Shown in pieces: positions 31,346 through 40,868 of a DNA stretch of 64,000 bases (its first letter is position 1; each line of letters begins with the position of its first letter). The notes beneath the pieces are model-generated. The model was not told where the DNA came from. It ran no database searches and saw only the letters and a list, made by a program, of their open reading frames with translations. The translations under genes and the position numbers were made by a program. Location of the stretch: contig OZ240241.1 in the NCBI GenBank assembly GCA_965198115.1, positions 3,520,001-3,584,000 on the forward strand, written 5' to 3'. The DNA is from Candidatus Latescibacterota bacterium. GTDB taxonomy: Bacteria; Latescibacterota; UBA2968.

Positions 31346-32796
31346 ACTTCGTCCTCTGAATACTTCACAACCGGCCCCTCCACGGGGATTCGGATGGCGA
31401 ACGTCGTTCCGTCGACCGAGGACGAAGTCACGGCAATCGAGCCGTCGTGTGCCTCCACGAACAGCCTGGCGATCGTCGTTCCAAGACCAGTGCCCTTGTT
31501 GGCCCGCTTCGTCGTGTTGAATTTTTCGAAGATCGTGGCCAGACGGTCGGGCGGGATCGGCTCGCCGCCGTTCGTCACACGCACCTCGACCGCTTCCCCC
31601 TGGTCGAGCAACTGTATGACCACTTCACCCTCGTCGTGCTCGAGAGCGTTCTTGACGAGATTTGCGATCGCGCGTTGAAGAATCTGCGGATCGTGACGCA
31701 CGAGCAACGGATCAGGCCCGTTCCGCTCGACGCGAACCCGCGTGTCGCTGGCCCCCTCCACGCCCTGCACCGCATCCATCACGGACGTTTCGATCGTTTT
31801 GTAGATATCACCCTCGAGAGGCCGCAACGGAATCTCACCCCGTTCGTACTGCTGCACTTCACGGGTCATGTCCAGAAGACGTTCGAGACGCTTACCACCC
31901 TGCCAGATCGCGTCGAGATACTTGACGACCCGCTCGTCGCTCTGGATGTCTGGAAAGTCCTCGAGCAGCATCTGGGAAAACGCCAAAATGGGGGTCAACG
32001 GACTACGCAACTCGTGTCGCATGAAGGAATCCCACTCGGTACGAAGGTCCTGCATGTGCTGTTCGAGCTGTTTGCGCGTCGTGATGTCGATCAGCGTTTC
32101 GATGTAGAATTGGTCGTCATCCCGCGCGACGATGCCGATGTGCATTTCGACCGGCACGCGTGCATCGTCCTTCCCGATGAGATCGATCTCGACGCCGGCT
32201 AGTAGGTGCTCATCTGCATAGGCAAGATCCGCCGACACGGTCTCCCACGAAATGGAATGCACTTTGTCGAAATCCTGACCGATCAGCTCGCCGAGTGAAA
32301 AGCCCGTCAGCTCAGCCGCCCGGCTGTTGGCCTGCAAGATCTGTCCCGTTTCGGGGTCCCCGATGAAGACCGCGTCGGCAATGCTCTCGAAGAGGTTCCG
32401 ATACTCCATCTCGAGCGCGCGTATTTCTCTCAGGTCACGCAGCCGGACCAAAAAGTCGTTGTCGGCACCCTCGATCGCGCGGACTTCGAGCATCATCGGA
32501 ACCCGCCGGCCGTCCGCCGACAGGACCCCGACTTCGACTTCGGGCATGTCCGTTCCTTCACGGACCCCTCGCAGGACCACCTCGAAGTCAGAGTGGCTGG
32601 CGCCATCGAGCAGCTCTGAAACGGCGCGCTCGCCATTCGCCTCGGGCGGGTAGCCCAGCAGGTCTTCCAACCGGGCGTTTGCGACCCCAACACGGCCGTC
32701 CTTGTCGATCGTCAACAAAAGGTCGGGTGCCGCATCGAACAGGTGCCTGTAGGGCACGCGTGTCTGCTCGATCGAACCGGGTGTGGTCTTCCCCAA
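31342..32796 (-). CDS. cytoplasmic PAS-PAS sensor histidine kinase
   Basis: Two PAS folds, RHELRSPL, NLVKNALEH and GTGLG. Start approximate. Confidence 0.9.
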   Translation of the reverse strand: MGKTTPGSIEQTRVPYRHLFDAAPDLLLTIDKDGRVGVANARLEDLLGYPPEANGERAVSELLDGASHSDFEVVLRGVREGTDMPEVEVGVLSADGRRVPMMLEVRAIEGADNDFLVRLRDLREIRALEMEYRNLFESIADAVFIGDPETGQILQANSRAAELTGFSLGELIGQDFDKVHSISWETVSADLAYADEHLLAGVEIDLIGKDDARVPVEMHIGIVARDDDQFYIETLIDITTRKQLEQHMQDLRTEWDSFMRHELRSPLTPILAFSQMLLEDFPDIQSDERVVKYLDAIWQGGKRLERLLDMTREVQQYERGEIPLRPLEGDIYKTIETSVMDAVQGVEGASDTRVRVERNGPDPLLVRHDPQILQRAIANLVKNALEHDEGEVVIQLLDQGEAVEVRVTNGGEPIPPDRLATIFEKFNTTKRANKGTGLGTTIARLFVEAHDGSIAVTSSSVDGTTFAIRIPVEGPVVKYSEDEV

Positions 32797-32797
32797 A

Positions 32798-33595
32798 TCA
32801 GAATCCGTAGTGTTGGCTAAGCTGAGACTTGAGCGTTTCGAACGCTTCGGTGGGTGTATCGGCAAAATGAAAGAGCGACAGGTCGTCCTTGCTGATCATC
32901 CCCCAATCGACCAGCGCCTGGAAATCGATCACCTTATTCCAAAAGTCGGGTCCGTAGATTACGATAGGGAGGGGTCGATCGACCTTTCCGGTTTGCACGA
33001 GAGTCAGCACTTCCATCATCTCATCCAGAGTACCGAATCCCCCGGGGAAAACCACCAGGGCCTTTGCCATGTACACGAACCACAGTTTCCGCATGAAAAA
33101 GTAGTGAAACTCGAATCCGAGACCCTCAGAGATGTAGGCATTCGCGTATTGCTCGAACGGCAGACTGATGTTCAACCCCACCGAGGGGCCTCCTGCCTCG
33201 AACGCGCCCCGGTTCGCTGCTTCCATGATTCCAGGGGCCCCTCCCGAACAGACCGCAAAGCGGTGGGCGGGATCGAGCTCACGAGACCACTCCGTCAACA
33301 ACCCGGAAAGCTCAACAGCGTCTCCGTAATAGCGGGACATCTCCGCCGCCCGTCCCTGCTCTGAGACCAAAGCGGGGTCCCCACGCTGCGCATCCTCGAG
33401 AACCTGGCCTGTCGTTTCGTGGTCCCTGATTCGAGCGGAACCGAAAAAGACGACTGTGTTCTGAATCTTTTCCTCGCGGAAGCGTTGCAGTGGATGGGAA
33501 TACTCCGAAAGAATGCGAATCGTTCTCGCTTCTCTTCCGTTCAGGAAATCCAAATTCTTGTAGGCCTTGACGGGTGTTCCGGCGGCCTCTTGCAT
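32798..33595 (-). CDS. LOG family (TIGR00730-like) nucleotide phosphoribohydrolase
   Basis: FFGSAR, GIMEAANRGA, FFMRK and PGGFGTLDE motifs. Confidence 0.92.
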   Translation of the reverse strand: MQEAAGTPVKAYKNLDFLNGREARTIRILSEYSHPLQRFREEKIQNTVVFFGSARIRDHETTGQVLEDAQRGDPALVSEQGRAAEMSRYYGDAVELSGLLTEWSRELDPAHRFAVCSGGAPGIMEAANRGAFEAGGPSVGLNISLPFEQYANAYISEGLGFEFHYFFMRKLWFVYMAKALVVFPGGFGTLDEMMEVLTLVQTGKVDRPLPIVIYGPDFWNKVIDFQALVDWGMISKDDLSLFHFADTPTEAFETLKSQLSQHYGF

Positions 33596-33645
33596 AACGC
33601 TACCTAACCTTCAGAAATTGTTGATGTTTAGGACAAAATCTGGCG

Positions 33646-33674
33646 AGTATACCCGCTGACCGTCAGACTGTCAA
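33646..33674 (-). promoter_or_regulatory. near-consensus sigma70 promoter with palindromic spacer
   Basis: TTGACA-17 bp-TATACT. The spacer contains CTGAC-N-GTCAG. Confidence 0.75.
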
Positions 33675-33804
33675 ACCAATTTCGCCCGACGAAGCTTGCA
33701 CCGGGTCTAAGGATACGCTAAAATGGCCCGCAATCGATGGACACCACGATTAAAATCTCCGCAACTCCCGTTCTTCGCTCCCCCCGTCGGATCGGAGTCG
33801 TCCC

Positions 33805-34884
33805 GTGCTGAGTCTGTTCGTCATCATCGGGGTTGCCTACGGTGTCGTCGCACTCGTGCTGGCGCTCGGCGTGGTCCGAAGCCGGGCCGAACAGGTGCTC
33901 CATTGCCCGACCGTCAGTGTCCTCGTCGCGGCCCGGAATGCTGAAGACAGCATCGACGCGTGCCTGGGTGCGCTCGCAGCACAGGCATACCCCGACGTGT
34001 TGTCTATCGTCATCGCCGACGATCGGTCCGAGGACCAAACTGGCCAGCGCGCTCGGAGCTGGTCCGACCGGATCGATCGGCTGACCGTCGTCGATGTGGA
34101 CCAGACCTACCATCGCTGTCCTAAGAAGAACGCCCTCGAACACGCGCTTCGCGCCTCGACAGGCGACATCATCCTGACGACGGACGCGGACTGCATCCCC
34201 CCGCCCGAATGGGTCGCGCGGACGGTATCACGGTTCGGCGAACACGTTGGAGCGGTCGTGGGCCCTGCGCCGCTCGAGGGTAAGGGGTGGCTCGAACGCG
34301 TTCTGGCTTTTCAATCGCTGGTCGTAGGAGCCATCGCCATCGGTAGTGCGGGACTCGGGCGACCGCTGACGTGCTCGGGCCGCAATTTCGCCTTCCGCCG
34401 CTCCGCTTACCACGCCGTCGGGGGCTACTCGCCCTGGGGCAGTCTGATCGGCGGCGACGACGTCTTTCTGATGCGTGCCATCGCCGGTCACCGGGATTGG
34501 AACGTCGTCTACAACAGCGACCCGGAGGCATCGGTAACCTCTCCCGTCCACTCCGACCGTCTCTGGCGAAGACACCTGCGCTACCAATCGAAGACCCTTC
34601 ATTGCGGCCCCGGAGCCTTGATGGCCGCTCTGCCGGTCTATATATTGCACGTGTTGCTGTTGGCCGTTCCCCTCATCGCGTGGTCGCGGCCCGATTTACT
34701 CCCCATTCTGTTGGGGCTGGCTGTCTTCAAGCTCCTCACAGATGGGGCTTTTCTTTATCCTGCAGCGCGTCGTCTCGGCCAGATGCATTTGATGCGCTGG
34801 TTCCCGGTCGTGGAACTGATCGCCGTTCCCTACGTGGCCATCGTGTCGGCTGTCGGTGCCCTCCGGCCGGCCTCGTGGGCTTAG
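33805..34884 (+). CDS. membrane GT2 glycosyltransferase
   Basis: VAARN, DDRS.D, TDADC and GGDD motifs, with N- and C-terminal TM helices. Confidence 0.88.
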   Translation: MLSLFVIIGVAYGVVALVLALGVVRSRAEQVLHCPTVSVLVAARNAEDSIDACLGALAAQAYPDVLSIVIADDRSEDQTGQRARSWSDRIDRLTVVDVDQTYHRCPKKNALEHALRASTGDIILTTDADCIPPPEWVARTVSRFGEHVGAVVGPAPLEGKGWLERVLAFQSLVVGAIAIGSAGLGRPLTCSGRNFAFRRSAYHAVGGYSPWGSLIGGDDVFLMRAIAGHRDWNVVYNSDPEASVTSPVHSDRLWRRHLRYQSKTLHCGPGALMAALPVYILHVLLLAVPLIAWSRPDLLPILLGLAVFKLLTDGAFLYPAARRLGQMHLMRWFPVVELIAVPYVAIVSAVGALRPASWA

Positions 34885-34891
34885 GACACTC

Positions 34892-35950
34892 ATGCTCTCA
34901 CTCAAACTGCTACCCCGCACCATCTTGCGTTACCATCGCGTGGCCACCCCCCGCCGCCTGTGGAACGCCACCAAAGTAGTCGCCTCTTACGGTCTGTCGA
35001 ACCTCCTGCGCCGCGACATTCGTGCGGGCATGCCCCTCATGCTGATGGTGGAACCGACCAACCACTGCAACCTGGAATGCCCTCTCTGTCCGTCCGGCAA
35101 TGGCGAAATGACACGCCCGCGCGGAATCATGCCTTTCGACCATTTTCAGCGGGTCTTCGACCCTCTGGCAGACGACCTGCTTCTCCTGCTGCTGTGGAAT
35201 CAGGGTGAGCCTTTCATCAACAAGGACCTCACTCGCATGGTTCGACACGCGGCCTCACGGAACGTCTCCACGATCACGAGCACGAACGTCCACTACGTGC
35301 GGTCGGACGCCGAGGCCGAAGACATCGTCTCCAGCGGCCTGAGCGAACTGATCCTCTGCCTCGACGGTGTCGACCCGGAGACGTATGTCAAGTATCGCGT
35401 GGGGGGCAATTTCGAGCGCGTTCTGGATGGTATCGACCGAATCACCCGTGCCAAGCGACGACTCGGTCTGGAAGACCCCCTCATCCACCTGCAATTCATC
35501 ATCATGAAACACAACGAAGACCAGATCGAAGCTGCTCGCAACCTGGCGAAGAAATACGGCGTCGACCGTCTATCTCTCAAGACTGCCCAGGTCTACACGG
35601 ACGAGGATGTCGTAGAATTCCTCCCGACCGACGAATCACTCAGCCGTTATGACTACGACGCTGACCACCTGAAGACGAAAGCTCGTCTCAAGAATACGTG
35701 TCGCCACCTCTGGTATAGCACGGTCGTCAACTGGGACGGATCCGTCTCGCCCTGCTGTTTCGACAAGGACGTGCACTACGGGCTCGGGCAGGCTCTGAGC
35801 GGATCGTCGTTCGACGAGATCTGGGCAGGCGATCGCTACACCCGGTTCCGGAACGAAATCTTGGCTGACCGATCTTCCGTGCCCATTTGTAACAATTGTT
35901 CCGAAGGCATCAAGGGACTCTTTTACGACATCGAGGAGGTCACCCCGTGA
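34892..35950 (+). CDS. radical SAM protein with SPASM/twitch domain
   Basis: CNLECPLC, GEPF, and C-terminal C...WDGSVSPCCFD...CNNC. Confidence 0.92.
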   Translation: MLSLKLLPRTILRYHRVATPRRLWNATKVVASYGLSNLLRRDIRAGMPLMLMVEPTNHCNLECPLCPSGNGEMTRPRGIMPFDHFQRVFDPLADDLLLLLLWNQGEPFINKDLTRMVRHAASRNVSTITSTNVHYVRSDAEAEDIVSSGLSELILCLDGVDPETYVKYRVGGNFERVLDGIDRITRAKRRLGLEDPLIHLQFIIMKHNEDQIEAARNLAKKYGVDRLSLKTAQVYTDEDVVEFLPTDESLSRYDYDADHLKTKARLKNTCRHLWYSTVVNWDGSVSPCCFDKDVHYGLGQALSGSSFDEIWAGDRYTRFRNEILADRSSVPICNNCSEGIKGLFYDIEEVTP

Positions 35951-37116
35951 CGCTCTTCGACCAGAGCGTTCTCCTCGTGCTCCTCCCCGCCACACTCGTC
36001 TACACCGGCGTGGCCCTATGGTTCTTGCGCGGACTTCACCGCCGGCAGCCAACGGATCGGCTATGTGAGTCCAACCCGTTCGTCAGCGTCGTGATCGCCG
36101 CCCGTAACGAAGAGAGCTACATCGGTCCCTGTCTGGATGCTTTGTCGAACCAGACCTATCCGCAGGATAGATTCGAGGTCCTCGTCATCGACGATGACTC
36201 CACCGACGCAACTTTTCGTGAAGCGTCCGAACGTCCATTCGCGACCGTGTTGCATCCCGACCCACGTTTCAACGACCACGCTGCCAAAAAGAGACCTATG
36301 GCCACGGGCGTCGACCAGGCGAAGGGCTCCATCATTCTGACCACCGACGCAGACTGCACCGTCCCTCCAGGATGGGTGGAGGCCATGACCCGCTCGTTCT
36401 TACCCGACGTCGATGTCGTCATCGGGTTTTCTCAGATTAACGACCGTTCCCGTCCCGGCTCCGTGTGGGAGCAACTCCAGGCGCTGGATTTCCTCGCCCT
36501 GATGGCTGCGGCGGCAGGAGCCGCCGACAACGGAATCCCGCTCGCCGCGACGGGTCAAAACTTGGCCTTCAGGAAGAGCGCCTACGACCGGGTCGGAGGG
36601 TATCACGACATTCGACACCGTCCTTCGGGCGACGATGTGCTTCTTCTCCAATTGCTCACCAGGCGTGGAGGGACACGTGCCGCCTTTTGCTCTGCTTCTG
36701 AGAGCTTTGTATCAACGTGGCGCACAGAGTCACCGCGCGGCTATCTCCGTCAGCGCAGACGCTGGGCCTCCAACGCCTCGATGCAGGTCTTGAACCCGCC
36801 CTTCTTCGCTTACATCGCCTCCGTGTTCGCTGCCAACCTTGCGATCCTTCTGGCCATCCTCACGGGAGGCATCGTAGCGCTCGCCGGTTTAGCCGCCGGC
36901 CTGCTCAAGCTCCTCGGAGACCTGCTCGTCATACGCAAGGGAGCCACAAGGTTCGGTCGCCGTGACCTGCTACGGGTCTTTCCGCTGTGGGCGTTGCTTC
37001 AGCCTCCCTACATCGTCCTCGCCGGCGTCCTTGGCACGACGCTCGGATTCACGTGGAAGAACCGCCAACACACTCATCGATCACCCACTACGGACCTCAA
37101 CCATGCCACAGTGTGA
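35947..37116 (+). CDS. membrane GT2 glycosyltransferase
   Basis: IAARNE, DDDSTD, TDADC, SGDD and QRRRW motifs. GTGA overlap with the rSAM gene. Confidence 0.9.
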   Translation: MTLFDQSVLLVLLPATLVYTGVALWFLRGLHRRQPTDRLCESNPFVSVVIAARNEESYIGPCLDALSNQTYPQDRFEVLVIDDDSTDATFREASERPFATVLHPDPRFNDHAAKKRPMATGVDQAKGSIILTTDADCTVPPGWVEAMTRSFLPDVDVVIGFSQINDRSRPGSVWEQLQALDFLALMAAAAGAADNGIPLAATGQNLAFRKSAYDRVGGYHDIRHRPSGDDVLLLQLLTRRGGTRAAFCSASESFVSTWRTESPRGYLRQRRRWASNASMQVLNPPFFAYIASVFAANLAILLAILTGGIVALAGLAAGLLKLLGDLLVIRKGATRFGRRDLLRVFPLWALLQPPYIVLAGVLGTTLGFTWKNRQHTHRSPTTDLNHATV

Positions 37117-38064
37117 GTATGTCGGGCCGAGCGGAAACGCGTGCGACAACGACGCCCCGAATGGGAAAGACCGTTGTATCTGGCACGATCACGAGGCATC
37201 GAAACGTGATGTCGACGTGAAGGCACACCTCGAGGAACGCGCCCGCAACTTTCAAAGCTGCGAAGGCTACGAGCTCAACGGGGCGAACCTCGAAGACGCC
37301 TACATCATGGAACTGAACCTGTCTCACGCGAACCTCGAGCGCGCCAACATGAGAAACGGGCACGCCTACAGCATCAACCTGTCGAACGCACGACTGCAAA
37401 AGGCGGATCTACAGGATGCCACGCTCCGGGAAGCGACGCTCACTGATGCCGAGTTGCTCGGCGCCAATCTGGACGGCGCAAGCCTCGACCGAGTCGACTT
37501 CGGGCCTCGCAGCGTGCTGCGCAATCACAAGCTGGCCGACGCGCTGAATCGCGACGGGGACGCGATCGGAACCAAAGCCAAGTTCCAGGAGTCGGAAGAG
37601 ATCTATCGCAGCATTCGCCAGCGATACGGGGCGCGGGGAAAACCGACGTAGCCGGGCAGTTTTTCTACCTCGAAATGGTGAGCAAACGCCGTCAGATGCC
37701 CTATTGGTCGGTCGGTCGATTCTGGTCGAAACTCGTCGACCTCATCTGCGGATACGGCGAAGAGCCCGCACGAGTCATCGGAGTCTCTATCATGGTCGTC
37801 CTCGCGTGTGCCCTCCTGTTCTGCATTTCGGGCATCGGACACGGCGACAACTTCTATGCTTTCTACCTGACGAACGGCTTTGCCGATGTGGCACAGACCT
37901 TTGCCATCTCGGTCTATTACAGCATCGTCACGTTCACCACCCTCGGCTACGGTGACATGGTCGCCAATGGTTGGGGCAAGGGCCTCGCCGCCATGGAAGC
38001 CTTCGTAGGCGTCTTCCTCAACTCCATGTTCCTCCTCACGTTCGCCAAGAAGATGGTGCGTTGA
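37103..38064 (+). CDS. pentapeptide-repeat protein fused to K+ channel pore domain (frameshift ~37640)
   Basis: A(N/D)LxX repeats, GYGEEP.R, and YYSIVTFTTLGYGD selectivity filter. Confidence 0.85.
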
Positions 38065-39194
38065 TTCGCGCTCTTTTTGCGGCCCTCACCCTTCTCGTCG
38101 CTTCGTCGGCGGAGGAAGGACGCCCGCGCGCCCGCGACGTAGGCGTTGTGATTGGCCTGCACCCCACGGGCCCGCTCAACGCCATCACCGATGTGGAAGG
38201 CGTTGCCGTAGGCCACGTGACGCTCATCCGCGGTTCGGGCAAGCTGGTCGTCGGTGAAGGTCCTGTCCGAACTGGCGTCACCGCCATCTTGCCACATCCT
38301 GGTGACATCTACGCACAGCCCGTCTACGCAGCGGCCGAGGTCATCAACGGCTACGGTGACATGACCGGCCTATCCTGGATCCACGAAAGCGGCCGGTTGG
38401 AATCGCCGATCATGCTCACCAATTCGGTCAGCATCGGCGCCGTCTACGAGGGCGTCCTGGACTACGGTCTGGAGCACGGTCACGATCCGATGCCCGTCGT
38501 CGCGGAATGCTCTGACGGCGGTCTCAACGACATCAAAGGTCGTCACGTCAAACGCGAACACGCCGTCCAGGCCATTCGTGAGGCTACAATCGGGCCGGTC
38601 GCAGAGGGCTCGGTCGGGGCGGGGACGGGCATGCGATCCTATGGTTACAAGGCCGGAATCGGTACCTCCTCCCGACGAGTGCGGCTCCACCCCGATGAGG
38701 CTCCCCACACAGTCGGAGTTCTGGTCAACGCCAACTTCGGCAGATCGACCAACCTGATCATCGCCGGGATTCCGATGGGTCAGGAACTGCAGGACGCCGC
38801 ACCACCTTCCAGACGCGACGGATCAATCGTCGTCGTGATTGCCACGGACGCCCCGCTAATCCCGATCCAACTCAGGAACTTGTGTCGTCGAGCCACGTTC
38901 GGCATCAGCCGGACTGGGACCTCGTCACGGACGTCCAGTGGAGACTTTGCCATCGCCTTCTCAACAGCGAAAAGGTTCCGATGGGGAGATTCTGGAATCG
39001 ATCGATCAGGGCACGTTCGTCACAGCTACCTCACACCGCTTTACGAAGCCGTGACCGAAGCCACGGAAGAGGCAATTCTGAACGCGATGTTCAAAGCCGA
39101 CACGATGGTGGGACGTGACGGTAATGTCATGCCCGGCCTGCCGATCGAAAAGGTTTCCGAGATTCTGAGACGCCACGGAAGGTTGGCGGAGTGA
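38061..39194 (+). CDS. DmpA/peptidase S58 family aminopeptidase
   Basis: NAITDVEGVAVGH, RTGVTAILP, EGSVGAGTGM, DGSI autoprocessing site and SGDFAIAFST. Signal-like N-terminus. Confidence 0.92.
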   Translation: MIRALFAALTLLVASSAEEGRPRARDVGVVIGLHPTGPLNAITDVEGVAVGHVTLIRGSGKLVVGEGPVRTGVTAILPHPGDIYAQPVYAAAEVINGYGDMTGLSWIHESGRLESPIMLTNSVSIGAVYEGVLDYGLEHGHDPMPVVAECSDGGLNDIKGRHVKREHAVQAIREATIGPVAEGSVGAGTGMRSYGYKAGIGTSSRRVRLHPDEAPHTVGVLVNANFGRSTNLIIAGIPMGQELQDAAPPSRRDGSIVVVIATDAPLIPIQLRNLCRRATFGISRTGTSSRTSSGDFAIAFSTAKRFRWGDSGIDRSGHVRHSYLTPLYEAVTEATEEAILNAMFKADTMVGRDGNVMPGLPIEKVSEILRRHGRLAE

Positions 39195-40639
39195 GCACCT
39201 CTGTCCTGGTCGGACTCGTCGCCTACGTCGGGGTGACGCTCGGCATCGGAGTCTATGCGGGTCGCCGAATCAAAGGCGCTTCCGATTTCCTCGTCGCGGG
39301 TCGTCGACTCGGGACGGTCCTGGCAACCGGAACGCTCGCTGCGACGTGGTTTGGCGGCGGCATTGTCATCGGTGCGTCGAGCGAGGCCTACAAGCACGGG
39401 TTTCCGGGTGTCATCGCCGACCCCTTTGGAGCCGCGCTCTGTCTCGTCCTCGCAGGCCTCTTCTACGTCCGCACGATGCGACGTATGGGTCTCACGACGA
39501 TCGCCTCGTTCTTCAAGGTTCGATTCGGTCAGACGGCGAGTGTCATCGCCGCCCTCTGTACGATCCCCGCCTATGTGGGGTGGGTCGCCTCGCTGATGGT
39601 GGCGTTCGGCCGCGTCATCCAGACGGTCGCCGACATCGACCCGGAACTCGGTATCTGGATCGGCGCCATCATCGTTCTGATCTACACCACGGTCGGGGGC
39701 ATGTGGGCGGTCACCCTTACAGATTTCGTACAGGTCACCGTGCTCGTTCTGGGTCTCGTCTGGATCACGCCAACCCTCTTGGCCGAAATGGGTGGATGGT
39801 CGGTCTTACGGCCCCAGATGCCGGACGAAATGTTCCATCTCTACCCTCACGCTGGCGACACGATGGCGTGGTTCAACTACGCGCGCGACTGGCTCGTCAT
39901 CGGTCTCGGAAATTTGGCAGGCCAGGACCTCATCCAACGAACGCTCTCCAGTCGGAACGAAACCGTCGCACAGAACAGCGCCTATCTTTCCGCCGTGCTT
40001 TACCTGACCGTCGGTCTACTGCCGGTGTTCTTGGGCATTGCGGCTACGGTCGTCCTTCCGGACTTGGCGAATCCCGATTTCGTGATGATGGAACTGGGAC
40101 GACGCTATCTCCACCCGCTCGCTCTTGCCGTGTTCATGGGAGCGCTCGTCTCCGCCCTGCTCAGCAGCGCCGACAGCGCCCTTCTCGCGCCTGCCAGCGT
40201 CATCAGCTGGGACATTCTCAAGGCCCTGCGTCCCGATGTCGACGAATTGACGGTGCTTCGCGTGTCAAGAATGTGTATTCCCGTGCTGGGCGCGGTGTCG
40301 ATCTACCTCGCCTTCGCACACAACACCGTCTACTCGCTGATGGTCAATTCGTGGTCCATCCTCCTCGCGACGCTCTTCGTCCCGCTGACCGCGGGCATAT
40401 GGTGGCCTCGCGCGAACGATTCTGCGTGCGTGGCATCGATGGTTGCCGGGTTCGTTGCCTATCTAATCTTCACCGAAATCCTGCCCGGGTTACCCGCTGA
40501 CTTGCTTGCCGTACCCGTCGCCGCCCTGGCCCTCGTCGTAGGCAGTCACACGAGCCAAAGTCAACCCCGCCCGCTGCGGACGGAGAGCGGTCAGGAACTC
40601 GTCATGCACGATCGAATGGGTCTTCGCATCCTGTCATAG
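39191..40639 (+). CDS. sodium:solute symporter family transporter
   Basis: DFLVAGR, ATWFGG, YTTVGGMWAVTLTDFVQ and SSADS motifs, with many TM helices. Confidence 0.92.
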   Translation: MSTSVLVGLVAYVGVTLGIGVYAGRRIKGASDFLVAGRRLGTVLATGTLAATWFGGGIVIGASSEAYKHGFPGVIADPFGAALCLVLAGLFYVRTMRRMGLTTIASFFKVRFGQTASVIAALCTIPAYVGWVASLMVAFGRVIQTVADIDPELGIWIGAIIVLIYTTVGGMWAVTLTDFVQVTVLVLGLVWITPTLLAEMGGWSVLRPQMPDEMFHLYPHAGDTMAWFNYARDWLVIGLGNLAGQDLIQRTLSSRNETVAQNSAYLSAVLYLTVGLLPVFLGIAATVVLPDLANPDFVMMELGRRYLHPLALAVFMGALVSALLSSADSALLAPASVISWDILKALRPDVDELTVLRVSRMCIPVLGAVSIYLAFAHNTVYSLMVNSWSILLATLFVPLTAGIWWPRANDSACVASMVAGFVAYLIFTEILPGLPADLLAVPVAALALVVGSHTSQSQPRPLRTESGQELVMHDRMGLRILS

Positions 40640-40868
40640 TCTGTCCTACAAAATTCGCTTTGTCTCGTCATTCCAACTCCTTATATTATTGACCTGTGGC
40701 ACTTTAGGATGGAAATTCGCCTGCACGTAGTCGGAATTCAGCACACAGTGACCGATTCTGCACTTGGCTCGGGATTCGTTATAACTGTTTGTTTTCCTGG
40801 GTCTTATAAGTAGTCTCTCCACGCTCTCGCTGCTTAGCCCGCGCGTGCAGAAGCCGGGAAGAAACCTT

